From the NCBI RefSeq assembly GCF_009914755.1, contig NC_060937.1: DNA of 64,000 bases; one strand, given 5' to 3'. Below, piece after piece: positions 49,766 to 64,000 of the stretch. A program made the position numbers and the translations under genes. How positions within the stretch are numbered: the first letter of the stretch is position 1; each line of letters begins with the position of its first letter. The notes beneath the pieces were generated by a model, which did no database searches, had not been told where the DNA came from, and saw only the letters and a program-made list of their open reading frames with translations. Source of the DNA: the human T2T-CHM13v2.0 reference genome, Homo sapiens.

Positions 49766-50511
49766 AAGCATTATCATGATTACTACTGGCAAGTTTGAGC
49801 ATGATCATTTTGGAATATATGATGTTTCTTCACACTGCTTTTAAATCTCCTAGTTGTGATAAGATGCTCTTTATACTGGCCCTAGAGCTTTGCATTTATG
49901 TTTGCAAGTTTACACATTTTTAATTATTAAATATTCCTCATGATTTTCTAACAATTGTGTATTTGGGCTCAAATTCACTGTCAGGAGCAACAGAATGATA
50001 TGATATGTGTATATATATATATAAACACAATCATATACACTTACAAATATATATGCATATGTATATTATACAGGTATATATTCATATATATATATGTCTT
50101 TCCAATAAACCTATGAGGGCTAGCTATATTCAGATGAATAAGCTGCAAAAAATAATGTTCAGAGTATAATAATACAGAGTCTGTAAATGTAGAAATTGAC
50201 CAGCTGATTTAACCATAATGGAGGCAGTGTCAAGTAGATTTTTAAGATAGAAACAGATATAGATGAACTAATACAACACATAGAGAATTGTTCACTTTTT
50301 CATACTTTTCACATATTAAAATTAACTGTATTATTGAAATGATACTGTCTCTTTAGTTATTTTAATCCAAATATTCCTCTTCAATGTCTAGGTATTTCTC
50401 TTCGATTCATGTTTTGAAAGTCAATATAAGTAATATCTGTCTTGATTGATAGTAGTTAAGTTACTTGGAAATAATTAATTATGTAAAACACCCCCGATTT
50501 TGTTTAAATTA

Positions 50512-50711
50512 CTGATTTTCAAATGGAGATGGTTTCACCTTCAAGGGGTCATTGACAATATCTGGCTGTTTTGGTTGTCACAGCTGGGAAGCCAGTGCTA
50601 CTGACATCTAGTGGGTAGAGGCCAAGGGTGCTGTTAAATATCCAACAGTGCAGCTCCCGCAACAAATTATTTGACCCAAAATGCTCATAGTGTCGAGGTA
50701 AAGAACTCTTG
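50512..50711 (+). mobile_element. MER20 hAT DNA transposon
   Basis: ttttggttgtcacagctggg..tgctactgacatctagtgggtagaggccaagggtgctgttaaatatcc..cccaaaatgctcatagtgtcgagg. Confidence 0.9.
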
Positions 50712-51850
50712 CTTTAAGCAAATTGTTCTACTTATGTTCAGTCCCTATGTGTAGAGAGCATTTAAGATCATTCAAAGAAATTGCCCAAATTCCCATGTGA
50801 CCATTAGGAAGACTCAAACTTTGTCATCATTTTGTACATCAAAATCATTGAAAGGAACTTTCAAAGCATCCATGTAAGTAATAATATTTTCCATTTCTTT
50901 CTAACCTTATTGACTTTTGGTATCTAATGATATTTTAATAATTATTTACATTTAATGATTCTTTACATTACATTAAGCCCTTTCATGGGGAAGGTGATAG
51001 ATGCAACAAATTAGGTATGCCTGGGTTCAGCAGGACAGATTTCCATAGAGGACCCAGAGCCTGTGAACTGTGAACTTTTTCACTCTTTCCTGAAAGTCAT
51101 ATTGTAAAAAGAGAAGAATAGAACTTGAACAGATAATCTAGCTTTCATGTTCTCTCTAGGCAACATTCTGACTAAATTATGTCACGCAGACAAAAATAAT
51201 ATAAAGATATACTTGGAAAAAACATTTTCAACCTTCTTCAGCATCCAGTTCAACTTGATTGAAATAATTGAGTGCCTAAGTGCAAAGTAAGCCAGGATGG
51301 CTGACATCCTTAATTTGTTCTCAAAATAGGATATGGAATGAAAGGTATTAAACTAAACGGTTTGTTACCATGAGACCAGACGATTCTGAGTAAACTCAGA
51401 AAAAGTTGCTCTACTGAAGTCCATTAAAAGTTGTTCTGACAAAATATGGTATTAAAAATATCTTTTGTGTCTCACTCTCAGTACATTTATCATTAACTTC
51501 TTAACTAATTTATTAAATGGGCACTAGCCACAATTTTAAATCCCTTTGAGATAGATTCTGATTTATATATGTGTGCATACATGTATGTGTATCATAGACT
51601 ATACATATAGATGCAGTACATATATATTGGATATATATGTTTTATATGTGTGTGTACATATACATCCACTTAAAACGACCACGAATACCTAGAAACTTTA
51701 ATTTATGTAAAGAATAAGGATACAATAGGTGATGCTGAGCCCTTGTGTTATAGTCATTCATTCCTTCAAGTGAAGCTATGATCTGAATAAGCATAGAGGT
51801 AAGCCTCACGGTGTATATTGAGATAAATTTTCATTTGTTTATGTATACTT

Positions 51851-51942
51851 TTTAACTAAAAAATATAGAGATTATTTTATGACACTACTATAGAGATTTA
51901 ACTAAAAAGTATACAGATTACCTTACGACACTACTGTAATAA
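51851..51942 (+). repeat. 46-bp tandem duplication, diverged
   Basis: tttaactaaaaaatatagagattattttatgacactactatagaga / tttaactaaaaagtatacagattaccttacgacactactgtaataa. Confidence 0.9.
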
Positions 51943-52619
51943 TTTAATCTTCATTAAATAGGAGATTGTTGTCTTTCAGTGGAAACAAATATTTTTAATC
52001 TCTAGTAGCTGTCTTCCAGGACAACGTCATCTGTTGCGATATATTGTCAATAAAATTATTTTAATACAAGGCTGAATACGGTAGGTCTTATAATTGAGTT
52101 AGAAGTAAAATACAGTAAGAAAATGAAGTGATTATATCTTATTGGGTTTCAAAGCAGACATCATTAAAGAGATAGCTTTTAAGCTAGGTTTAGAAAGATT
52201 AGACAGATTTCCAAAAATGAAGTTATCAGGATGCAGTTTAAGGCAACTTACTCTTTCTTCCAGTCAATTAATTTTGTCTTTTGAAAATATATTTTGTTTT
52301 CAACAACTTTTAATAACAATATAAGATCTCAGTTTATCATAAAGATTCTGATTTTATTACATGGGGGTAAATTTAGATCAAATATCATATCTCCTATACT
52401 TTAGTTTTTAGAATATATACCATTTATCTAAATAAGTTGTTTATAGTAAAGTAATGATAATTATAATAATTTCTAAAATAGATATTTTCAATTTTCATTT
52501 TCCTTATTATAAGCATATATTTTACACTTTAGTGTTGTTAGTAAATTAATTTATTTTTATTGGCCTCTGCATGATCTCTGAACACAATAAACATAGTCTT
52601 CCCAGGCTCTTTGTATGTA

Positions 52620-53200
52620 TGTATAGGTGGCAGCGCAAATCTAAGTGTAAGAGTAGTAAATAAAGGTCAGGTCATGCAGGTTGTATAATTAAGTTTAAGA
52701 ACCTAAATTTAACGCTGAGAGAAGGTGGGTCATGTCTAGAGCAGGGAGACAAAATGGGATGATGCTGTTAGGTAAGAGAGGGGGAGTGATATAAAGTAAG
52801 ACAGAGATACTTGGATGGAATTTGCATAGGAAGTATAGCAAACCAAAGTTGTGATTGTAAGAGTATGGAGAAATAAAAAACCGAAAGTGAAGGATGACGC
52901 CTGGTTTTAAGTTTCGGAAACTGGAGATTGAAGCTGGGCCCATTCCAAAGATAATGGAAAACAGCAGGGAAGAGGCAGGAGAATGCTGAATTCTATTTTT
53001 GACATGTTGAAGGTGAGATATGTCTCTGGACAGTTAGTAAACACATAATTATTCAAGTTCACGAAAAATATCTAGGCTTGGAATATAGAGGTACACATAA
53101 TGAGCACACAGGTGACATTTGATGTGGCAGGAATAGATGTGAATTCAGGGGGAAAATGTCTGGTAGGAGAAGAGAAGAGCCTGGTGGAGAATCCTAAATA
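52620..53200 (-). mobile_element. L2 fragment
   Basis: aggatgacgcctggttttaagtttcggaaactgg...gaattctatttttgacatgttgaaggtgagat. Confidence 0.75.
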
Positions 53201-53719
53201 CTACAAATCATCAGAATATGTTCTTGCCAATCTGTTTTTGTTATTTCTTCCCAGGCATATATTCTCTACCAGGATACTCAAGGTCAACATTATATTGCTT
53301 TTCTGGCACTAATTGATTCACCTCCTGTCTTCCATTCACAAGTACATACTTCCCATGTCCCCCAAAGTCACAGCAGATAATATGGGGCTTCTTTTACTAG
53401 TCTTTACTAAATTGTGTGCTACTTTATGTGACCCTTCCCAGATAACAAAAATGCTTTCCTGCAGTTATTATTCACCAAAGAAGTCCTAGGTTTGGAGATT
53501 TTATTGCCTGGAAAATGGTCACAGAAAGAATAATTCTGCTTTTGGCTCCTGTTAACAACTCTCAAATTATATTATGATGGAATCTGGCTCTTGAGCTAGG
53601 CAACATAACGTGTTCTGCTAAGTGTCAAGAAATATTCTTACTTTACCATTTGCAAAATTGTGACGGAGAAAGTGAATACTGTTATAATAGACAGATGCTT
53701 GCTACTCTGTTCTCATTCA

Positions 53720-54760
53720 TTGTTCCTTTTATTCCACTCAGAGCATCCTCTGCTTCTAGATTTCCTCTCATCGATCTCATGGGATGCACCATCTCAGTAA
53801 CGTTGTCTGATTCCACTTCACATTCCCAGATGGACACTCCTATTCTTTGTCTTCTTCCTTTCTAACTGTACTCTCTTGATATGCAATATTAAGTGCACTC
53901 CTGGTTTTAAATAGTCACTGTATGGTAATGACTTCCAAATATATAGCCCAAGCCTGCGCCACCACCCTTCAACACACTCTACTCCTCCAAGTTCCTGACT
54001 CCCATATCCAACTGCTTTCTTTATATCACTACTTAAATGTCTAGTAGACATCTCAAACAGAGAATATTCAATACATTTTGTTCTGCCCTGCACTTATCTT
54101 CCCAGTATCAATAATGGCCCCACTATTTACCTTGTAGGTCAAGCCATTATACTGACAGCATCCTTGGCTTACCTCTTTTCCTCTCAGCCCACATGGAACT
54201 GGTCTCCCTTTACTGTTGCCTCAAGTTTCAAACTATACTCTTAATCTAACTAATTATTATCATTTCCCCTGCTGCAATGCTACCCCAATTCTCCTTCATC
54301 TCTTGCAAAAAATTGTTAACAGCCTTTAAATGGGTATAACCTCATCTCTCCACTCTTTGCCTCCTAGCAACACAATTCAGTTCATTTCTTCTTCAGGGTC
54401 TTTGAATTCACTGTTCTATCTTCATGCATTATTTTTTCTCACATCTTTGCATGGCTCATGCCTTTATTTAATTCAGGCTTCTGCTCAAATGACACAACCT
54501 CAGAACAGGCTTGAATGATTACCCTTTGTAAATTATCCTCACACTAATCATGTTTTTCTGCTTTAGTTTTTATCACAGCATTGACAGTTTAGTATGCATT
54601 TATATTTTTATTTGTTTATCATCTGCCTCCCTCACTAGTATTTAAGAGAACAGGGAGTTGTCCTTCTCTATTTCTGTATCCTAAGAACATATGCTACTGG
54701 TTAACTATAAATGCTCAGAATTATTAGTTGAACGAATATATGAATGAGTGAATAAATAGA
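53720..54760 (+). mobile_element. L2a 3' region
   Basis: gacttccaaatatatagccc..catatccaactgc..atcactacttaaatgtctagtagacatctcaaac..; ends ttagttgaacgaatatatgaatgagtgaataaa. Confidence 0.85.
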
Positions 54761-55906
54761 ATGTTCAAAAAATTTAGAAATGCAAGAGTTTCATATTTTA
54801 CATGACTCTAAACCTGTAAATTCTATTGGGAGAAAGGTAGACAAAATATTTATAAATAAAGAAAGACAAAATCTAGCAGCATTCTCTGATTAATTATAAT
54901 AATGAGCTCTCACATTTGCCTGTGAAAAGTCTGTTTCTCCTAACTGAGCATTCATGTTTTATCTCTTGCCCTTATGTTTTTTTCTTAAGAGTCTTTAAAG
55001 AATGCAGTCAGACTGCTATCTTCCAAACGGTTTTGTTTCCTCATGCTGAAAGTAGGACTTTTATATTTAGAAGCACAAACTCTCTCCTAATTATATACAA
55101 CCTACTGTTCTAAATTTTGCATGCCACTTTGCAGTTTAGTGCTATGCAATTTACTTAGTACCAATTTTGGTGTCAAAATCTGACATTTAGATTGCTTTTG
55201 AAAGTAATGGCAAAGTGGAGTTAGTACTGAATGAGGCTTAGCATTTGCTTTCTTGGCTTCTTTTTAATTGTTCTTTTATTTATGTGTAATGACCTACCTA
55301 TAACGTTATGGTGATAGATCAAATACTCATCATGACTTATACATTCAGAGAAAATATTTTTAATTCTTAGTAAGGTAATTTTGCTGTTTTTTTCCTCTGA
55401 ACATCAAAGGACTGGAATGCAATATTCACAGCACGCTAAACACCTATCATGAATTCAAATTTATTAAAGATATTTTAATATATGGAGAGAAACTGGTAGA
55501 AATGTGGGTATGCTATGTTTATATCTTCTAGTGATCTGACATTAGCTAGATTATTATCGTTTTGAATTTTAATTAACAAGTACATTTTCCTTAACTATAA
55601 AATAGCGTTACTTGTGTTTTGTGGTCTTGTGTTAGGTGTCTCTCTCTGTCTCTCTCTGTGTGTCTCTCTGTTTCTGTCTCTGCATGTCTCTGTCACTCCC
55701 TTTCACATCTAGATATATAGATGTGTATATCATGTATATGTATATATACAAATATATAATTGCATGTGCATAATTATGTATAAATATTTAATAAATAACA
55801 TTAAAATTTCATAGCAGGTTAAATTTAAAATGAACAGAAGTTTAAATTCTCTCTGTTTTGGTTAGTGCTTCTTCTATTTAATAGTTCACAAAACTGAGTC
55901 TGCAGG

Positions 55907-56196
55907 TGCTATTGTTTGAATGCATCCCCCAAAGCTCATTCGTTGGAAACTTAATTCCAATGCAAAAGTGCCGAAAGGTGTAATGTTTAAGAGACGTTTA
56001 AGGATGATTTGACATCCTTATTATGGGAATGGGTTAGTTATTGTGAGAGTGGGTTTGTTATAAAAGTAAGTTCAGCCCCCTCCTGCTCTCTCACTCTCGC
56101 ATGCTCTTGCTCCAAAAATGTAAGATTTTTTTGTTTTCTTTGTAAATTAACTAGTCTGTGGTGTTCTGTTATAACAACACAGAACAGACTAAAACG
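55907..56196 (+). mobile_element. MSTD-like solo LTR, internally deleted
   Basis: tgctattgtttgaatgcatcccccaaagctcat..ggaaacttaat..gagagtgggtttgttataaaag..ttctgttataacaacacagaacagactaa. Confidence 0.85.
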
Positions 56197-58589
56197 ATGG
56201 TTATATTTTAAACATCCGACTTAACCTCTATGGTAAAGCATTGTAATATGTTTTAATAAGACAAAAAAGATAGTGTTGTTCAAAATTTCCCTTACGGAGT
56301 TGCCAAATTTTGGTTATACTGCAAGCCAGTATGAAAAAGTGCAAACACATCAAAGGATTTTATTGTGAATATTTTTGAAATTACTTTATTTATAGTTTTG
56401 CCTTTGAGCTATTTTTTCCCTTTATTATAAAATGAGAACAGCTGGTAGTATTTCCAAATGTTAGCCTAAGTTTAAAGATTCTCACGTTCCTTTTGGTTTG
56501 TTGACATTATCTTTAACTAGATATCACAAATACATAATGAGAACCACCCTGGCACTTGAAAATTAAAGATAAGAAAGACCAAAACACTTGTACATTTCAG
56601 AATACAGGCAAATAAAATTTCTCTTGCAAAAAGTATTTGTATTTTATTTGAAATTAAACTTATTTTCTATTAATCTTCATTGCTTTTAACCTAAACCTTG
56701 TTTTTTCTGTTCATAGACTAAAAGTCAGCCTTACAAGTAACCATTGTCAATTTTACATTTTATTTAAAAGGATAATCCATTTTTCTATTTCAATAAAATA
56801 TGTCAGGTTTTTTTTTAACAGAAAAATATGCGATTACCTGATTATTTCTTAATGATTTAATTATTTGGCATATATTCTCATCATCTTCAAATATCTCTAA
56901 ATTTTGTGCCATTTTATTTTGGAGAGAAGTGTTTCTTAGGATAAATTATTTCCTTTTTATAAAAGCTTATTGATATAATTAGTCTAATGATAATTGGTAA
57001 TTATCCTGTAAATGTTCAGTTAGAAGAGCAAAACATAGCCATTGAAATTTCTCAAATTTTATGTTATATGAGTGTTTTAAAACATGGGTAAATCCTATAA
57101 AAGCTAAAATGTATTATTTTTTATACACATGCCACAATTACCACATTTTTTAAAAAAAAGTCTCACCTGTCATAGAGAACCCTAATTCTTTGGTTTGCTA
57201 TTTGCATTGCAAAATTATTATAAAATGATCTCTATTCTCTAAATCTTATTCTACGATATTTTTTCTATAATATATCAAGAAACCATTAAGTAAGTATAAA
57301 TGTAAATAAATTCCTAATGGCAAAATATGTTCTTTGCTTGATTTAGTTTATTATTTTGTCTAATGAAAAATCATATAATTTTCATAGTATTTTTTAATTT
57401 TTTGGCCATTTCTACTGCTCTCTTCCAGTACAATGTTCCTCTATGTCTCACTTATCTTTGGCCAACTTTTATTTTATATAAACTGCTGATCATTATTGTC
57501 AGTCTAAACTGGAAAGTTGAAAAAGGAAGAATAAATGTCTCATCAGTCAATACATTTTGTTTTTGTTATTTTCTATGAAAACCGGCTTAATTAATATTTT
57601 TTACTGTGTTTCTATTTAAAATGGAGACTATATAAACTATAATTTTCTTATTCCATTGTTAAGAGCTTTTTCCTTTTATTGTTTTTGGTTTTGTTTTATT
57701 TTATAAGTGCAAGAAATTCACTTGAAAGAACAAACAATCAAGAGATTATCCTATAAAATGATAAAGTCACATGGTTTATATGGCTTCAGAAAAAACTTGG
57801 TCCAGTGGATAAAATAATTTCATCAGAGCTGTTTGTCTTTCTGATCCCCAGAATCAGAAGATTTATCTGCGTCTTCATCTGTGATGGCTTCATTCTGAGG
57901 CACACTGTCTATGAAGTGGGAAAAATGGCGTATGTGGTCCTTATTGTAACCCTATGTACACAGCAGACCTCTGTACATAGTTCTTACCACTTAAAGTTTA
58001 GAAAAAAAAATCAAAAAACTGTTTTTCACAATACCAGCACAAAAAATGTTTAGAAATGAATAACTCAGAAGCCTATTATGTTGGAGAAAATTGTATTGTT
58101 AAAGAAGCCATAGATCTGGAATAAAAAGCCTTTATGGTTCAAGCCTAAACTCAAATAATGAGCTCCCTAACTTGCATGAGAAACTGCAAAGACCATGTAG
58201 CCAGAAGAACATCATGTTCCACAAAACCCACTTCAGATATTACACTGAGGATATGGATAAAGAAAACCCTCCAAGATTTTGGAAGTAAAGGCCACATAAA
58301 TGACCAAAGCCTACACAAGGATGTTTTTCCTAGAAAGCAGAATCAGTGCTCTCTCACATTTATGGCAGTGGGTTTTTATTTCATCCTCCCAGCAGGGTTC
58401 CAACATTGCTATGAGTGTGTGCGTCTCCAATCTTCCCTCTACCAAGTGGAAATGTCTGTACTGTTATCTTGTCCCTAGTGCACCATTAAACAGGTGATAT
58501 GTAACTTATTATTTAGATCATAGATCATGAGAAAATGAGAAGTCACTATAAATCTGATGGAAAAGACTGCCTTTCGCCCAGAGAGTAAA

Positions 58590-58990
58590 AATATTAAGCT
58601 GGATTCAGTGGCTGGATGAAATTTTAGATTTTTTTTTCCCTTGGAGAAAGATAAATATGATCTATGTGTGAGAAGAGAGAAAAGGGATATTGGTAACTAC
58701 ACAAACAGACTTATCATGGCTAGGACAAGGGAGGTGAGAGCAGGCATTGCTTTTTCTGGTGTTCTCCTTCCCTGCCAACTGGCTCAATGTGAACAGGACT
58801 CAGAGTGCCCTGAAAACCTGGAAGATGACAGTGCCATTAAAAGAAAAGAGCCAGGATGCCTGAATGGCTGCACAGGGAAAAGCCCTACTGACACACATCA
58901 CACTATGAGATATGCAGGACACAAACTTGTATGGTGTTAGGCCACTGAGATTTGGTACAGTTTGTTTGCCTGCTGTTTGTTTGTTTTACT
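58590..58990 (+). mobile_element. MLT1 internal end plus LTR fragment
   Basis: aaagagccaggatgcctgaatggctgc..aaacttgtatggtgttaggccactgagatttgg. Confidence 0.65.
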
Positions 58991-58999
58991 GATTATCTA

Positions 59000-60185
59000 G
59001 AAACTCAAGGAAAACGGAAAGAGGAGATGCAACTAGGCGAGTAAGTTCAAGAAACAGCAATAAAAGAATAGGTTTGTAACAATAAACCACACTTATTTCT
59101 TTGAAAAAACTTATGAAATAGAGCCCATCTGGCATGATTGATTACTAAAGAAAGGAAAAGAATAAAGCATCAATACATAATATGAGAAATAAATGGGTAA
59201 TAGGGTACACATTTGAAAAATTTAAAATGTGATATAAATTTTTTAGTTCAATCTATTGAAAACTTAGACAAAATGCAAGATTTTCTAGAAACTTTAAATG
59301 GCAAAATATTTAAAAAGAAAGACCTATCATAATAAAGACATTGAATCACTAATAACAAATCTACCTACAAAAATGCAACAGGTTCACATTGTTTTAAAGC
59401 TGATGCTTAACAATTTTAAATGATTCCTGGTAATACTGAAATATGCAGACTTCTCGAAAAATATTTTATGAGGCCACTGATGCTTTGAAACTAGAATTGA
59501 ATAATTTATAAAGAAATTACAATTATAGAAGCTTGAATTATAAATTAACTATTAAGATATAAATGAACCAATACTTATAAATTATCATATGTTTAATAAT
59601 GTTTTAATGGTAACGTCTATAAATTAGATTTATCCCATTAACAGATTAAATAATTAAAACCTGAATATCTCAATATATGCATAAAAATTAATAAAATTCA
59701 GCATATATTCCTGACAAAACACTTCTCATAAAACAATGAATAGATGAAAGCTTTCTCACTTTGATAAAGGTATAAAAATAAACATTTTGAAATATTTGTA
59801 ACTAGATATCTAAGTTTATGATTGAGTGCTATGGAAATATTTCTTAAACAAGTGACAAAATAATAAGAGAAAAGAAAAGATTGAGATAACAAAAGATTAA
59901 AGTAACTTTATTGTGCTGGTTATATGTATATAGTAAAAATATAAATATTTAGGTAAAACAAATCAATTTCAGCACTAAGAAGAGGAGGACAGTCTGGGAA
60001 GGAATGAAAGTCTTCAACTGTACCTTTAACATCTTATTATTTAAAATTATGTCAATAATATGTGGCAAAAAATAGCATTTGTTAAATCAAGTTGATGAGT
60101 TTATAATTGTCCATCTATCATCATTTTTATTTTCCATGTTTTAAAACTTCACGATTAAAATTTTACAATTAAAATTTTAAAAAAA
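59000..60185 (+). mobile_element. Ancient L1ME ORF2 and 3' remnant
   Basis: gaaaacttagacaaaatgcaagattttctagaaa..attttatgaggcc..ataaaattcagcatatattcctgacaaaac. Confidence 0.7.
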
Positions 60186-60899
60186 GAAACTCATGCACAT
60201 AGACTTTAAAAAAATTCAGTTACTCCTGTATTGGAATAATAAAAAAATATAGTCATGAACTACAAAAATAAGTTAATGGGATTGTCATATGGCATACTTA
60301 CATTCTTTAAGTTTGTATTAGTGAGTAATTGACTTTAATCCCACAAAGAGTGATAAAGATAGACTTATCCAGCTAACACATCTTTGATGTTTGGGTAGGA
60401 GGGCTATCTGTTTTTGCCATATTACCTGATTGTTCTTCCAAAAACCTCTGTTCTCACATCTGAATCCTATGGAAAGGGAATCTGTGGGGGGCTTGAAAAA
60501 TTAAATTGCACATTTTAGTAAGAACCGTGGAGAGATTATGGTTTAAGTGTCACTATTTTGGCACTTATGTAGGAAAGTCTACATACACCTTTGAAAATAT
60601 ATGTACATTTAGACCAAAATAAAGATATCTTCGGTTATTTAAAAATACACTAATACAAGGGAGTTTCTGTTGAAGCACTTGTAAGGAGATAAGACACCTC
60701 AGATAAACTTTGGACCTCGATCCCCTACTCCCAGTAAAAAGCAAACCCCAATCCAATAACCTGTCCAAAGGCAGTGAAGAATAACCCAAAGCAGGCATAA
60801 ACTGAAGGTCTGACTTTTGAAAAAGGGAACTTCACTGGGTGAGATCCACATATGCGTGGCTCTAATACTCAAGAGTATTTTACCACCTTTAGGACGCTG

Positions 60900-61560
60900 A
60901 GTGCTAGAAGGCAAGTAGTCAATTACGGTTTTCTTAAACCGAAGTGTCAGATGATGATGGTTACAGATGCTAAGCTAGAAACTAAGGTAGCAAAATCCCA
61001 GAAAGGAGGAAGCTATAAATAACAAAACTAAAACACCTACATGAAACTACACTACCCATTACTAACATACCCCAAAATAAAAGGAAAAACAAAAACTTAT
61101 TTCTTATAGGTGAAAGGCAAAATCTACAGTAAAAATATACATAATAGATAAAAATTTATGCAACAAACAATATTATATTAAATATACAAAATATACTGCT
61201 GTATGAGAAGAAACAAGTATTCACAATGGTTAAAGACATTAGACACTTTTGAGAGAGTTTTATTTAACAAGTAGACAAAAATAAGTATAATATGTTACTT
61301 ATTACATAAGGTTAATTTAGTGGATCTGTTTTAGATCCTACACATTATATAGAGAGTATAAACATTTCCTAATTATCCCATCAATCTATCCATTTCCATG
61401 TAGTAGGTCAAAAATCTGATAGAAAATCTGGTAGAAAGTAGAAGTGTGTAGGACACATTATTTTGTAATAATAGTGAAATTAGAAAGTTACATCAAGAGA
61501 GAAACACAACAAACAATCTCAAATTTAGAAACAAAAATGAATGTGTTTAGAATAAAGCAA
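60900..61560 (+). mobile_element. Ancient L1M fragment
   Basis: A-rich degenerate EN-like sequence (cacaatggttaaagacattagacac..aagtagacaaaaataagt). Confidence 0.5.
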
Positions 61561-61834
61561 CTACAAAAAAAGTAACAAACTTGCTTTTCAAATTGGACTT
61601 CCCGGAAAACAGACTGAAACCAAAAACCAACACCATATAAACCATGTGACTTTATTCCCTCTGGAAGGGAAAAAAGGGAGGAGAAAAGAAAGGCTGGGTG
61701 GAAGGAGAATTTGAGCCGTGATGCAGTCTGGGAGTTAGGGTTCAGTAATACGTGTTTTAATAACTATTTCTGATGCACACTGAAATTTGAGAAAGGTTGC
61801 CCTAAGAAGCTATCGAAGAATCTATACCACTGAG

Positions 61835-62430
61835 AATTTTGGATTGTTTCTACATTTTGGCTACGAAGAATGATTATGCTACAAGCATTCTTATATTTGA
61901 AGTACACACATGTATGCATTTCTATTGGGTACCTACCTGCGGGTAGAATGCTGAGTCATAGGTTATGAATATAATCAAGTTTACTAGATGAAACCAGAGA
62001 AGTTCCTAAAAGAGTCATGCTAATATATAGATCCATCAGTAGTGTATGAGCGTTTTAGTAGTTGCATATTTTTGTCAATACTTTGCAGGATCAGTTTTGT
62101 TTTAATTTAAGCCATTTTGAAGAATGTGTTGTAGTATTCCATTGTGGTTTTAATTTAGTTTCCCTGGTGACCAATGATTCTGAGATCATTTTCATATTTA
62201 TTGGCCATTTCAATAGTTTCTTTGTGAAACATCAATTCAAGTTTCTTGCCCAACTGTCTATTGGATTGTTTAAATATTTCTTACTAATTAGTATGAGTTA
62301 TTTCTATGCTCAGAATTGTAGTCTTGTTATTGAAATGTATAATACAATTATGTGTTAAAACTGTATGCCTTGCTGTTTCTCTTTCTTAATAGTAGCTTTT
62401 TGATTAAAAAATATGTAATGTACTATTACA
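61835..62430 (-). mobile_element. L1MC/ME 3' fragment
   Basis: ggattgtttctacattttggct..atttaagccattttg..attgtggttttaattt..tttgtgaaacatcaattcaagtttcttgccc. Confidence 0.8.
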
Positions 62431-62571
62431 GTGACAGTACAGGTATGGAGCCAGCTGACTTTAATTTTCTTTTTGTTTATATATTATTTTTTCTACAATG
62501 AACATATAAAACTTGTAAAATAGAAAATACATACAAGTAAAATTTGCAGCATATGAAAAGTGCATACTTTG

Positions 62572-64000
62572 ATTTTATTTTTAATTTTAATTTTAATTTT
62601 AGGTTCAGGGGTACATGTGCAGGTTTGTTATATAGGTAAATTCATGTTATGGGAGTTTGATGTACAGATTGTTTCATCACCCAGGTACTACGCATAGTAC
62701 CTGATAGGCACTTGTTCTGTTCCTCTCCTTCCTCCCTCCCTTTACCCTCAAGTAGGCCCTTGTGTCTGTTGTTCCCCTCCTTGTGTCCGTGTGTTCTCGT
62801 TATTTTGCTCCCACTTATACGTGAGAACATGCAGTATTTGGTTTTCTGTTCCTGCGTTGGTTTGCTAAGGATAATAGTCTCCAGCTCCATCTACGTTGCT
62901 TCAAAGGACATGATCTTGTTCTTTTTTATGGCTTCATAGTATTCCATACTGTATTTACCACATTTTATTTATCCAGTCTACCATTTATGGGCATTTAAGC
63001 TAATTCCATGTCCTTGCTATTGTGAATAGTGCTGAAACGAACATACATGTGTGTGTCCTTATGGTAGAAAGATATTTATATTCCTTTAAGTATATACCTA
63101 ATAATGGGATTGCTGAGTTGAATGGTAATTCTGTTATAAGTTCTTTGAGGAATTGCCATACTGCTTTCCACACTGGCTGAACTAATTTACACTCCCACCA
63201 GCAGTGTATAAGTGTTCCCTTTTCTCTGCATCCTTGCCAGCATCTGCTATTTATTTATTTAGTAATAGCTGTTTGGACTGGTGTGAGATGATATCTCATT
63301 GGGGTTTCGATTTGCATTTCTCTAATGATTAGTGTCATTGAGCATTTTTTCGTATGCTTGTTGGCTGCATGTATGTCTTCTTTTGAGAAGTGTCTGTTCA
63401 TGTCCTTTGCACACTTTTTAAAGGGGTTGTTTTTGTTCTTGTAAATTTGTTTAAGTTCTTTATAGATTCTAGATATTAATTAGACCTTTGCCAGAAGAAC
63501 AGTTTGTAAATATTTTCTCTCATTCTGTAGATTGTCTGTTTACTCTGTTGATAGTTTCTTTTACTGTGAACAAAATCCCATTTGTCAACATTTGCTTTTG
63601 TTGCAATTGCTTTTGGCATCTTTGTCATGAAATCTTTGCACATTCCTATGTCCAGAATGATATTTCATAGGTTATCTTCCAGAATTTTTATAGCTTTAGG
63701 CTTTTCATTTAAATCTTTAATTCATCTTGAGTTGACTTTTGATTATGGTGTAAGGAAGGGGTCCAGTTTTAATCTTCCATATATGACTAACATGTTATCC
63801 CAACACCACTTATTGAATAGGAAGTCCTTTTCCCATTGCTTGTTTTTGTCCCCTTTGTCAAAAATCAAACGGTTGTAGGTGCACAGCATTATTCCTGGGC
63901 TCTTTATTCTGTTCCATTGGTCTTCAAGTTTGTTTTAGTAGAAATATCATGCTGTTTTGGTTACTGTAGCCCTGTAGTATAGTTTGAAGTTGGTAACGTA
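62572..64000 (-). mobile_element. L1PA15/16-like LINE 3' end, continuing past the window edge
   Basis: ggttcaggggtacatgtgcaggtttgttatataggtaaa..ccctcaagtaggccc..; ORF2 C-terminal remnants. Confidence 0.93.

Noticed and set aside
49995-50100. TA/CA alternating tracts (also ~3770, 8500, 13720, 51570, 55710)
   Set aside because: Common decayed microsatellites; the ORFs over them are artefacts
51026-51038. ttcagcaggacag resembling a REST/RE1 site
   Set aside because: Lacks the CC and spacer of TTCAGCACCnnGGACAG and the terminal CC
52620-52636. aggtggcagc as a CTCF site
   Set aside because: 5' half of the core (CCASY) does not match; lies at an L2 edge
57851-58493. Possible exons 57851-57929 and ~58394-58493
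   Set aside because: Plausible acceptors but weak donors; no other support
62682-62703. 9-bp hairpin caggtacta/tagtacctg
   Set aside because: Largely inherent to the L1PA 3'UTR consensus

Overview
AT-rich, repeat-dense human genomic DNA, intergenic or deep intronic. An AluYa5 copy at 45487-45789 marks it as human. I recognise no protein-coding gene, tRNA, rRNA, snRNA or CRISPR. The ORF track reflects Alu, L1, LTR and simple-repeat translations plus chance ORFs. Most of the window is a fossil record of transposons: Alu (J, Sp, Sc, Y, Ya5, a monomer and a fragment), L1 (PA, MA/MB, ME), L2, L3, MIR, ERVL-MaLR (MST/MLT1), ERV1 (MER4, MER67) and hAT (MER1B, MER20), often nested. I found no evidence of a new multi-gene system. 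The most unusual items: (1) two back-to-back perfect hairpins abutting the 5' end of an L1; (2) two independent L1s whose extreme 5' terminus is fused directly to internal ORF sequence; (3) a tailless 5'-only Alu with a 17-bp TSD; (4) an inverted partial copy of a neighbouring MSTB LTR; (5) an unexplained ~500-bp insert inside an old L1; (6) a canonically spaced TATA/Inr followed by several candidate non-coding exons. Repeat subfamily calls come from recall of consensus sequences, not from a RepeatMasker run, and boundaries of old repeats are approximate.
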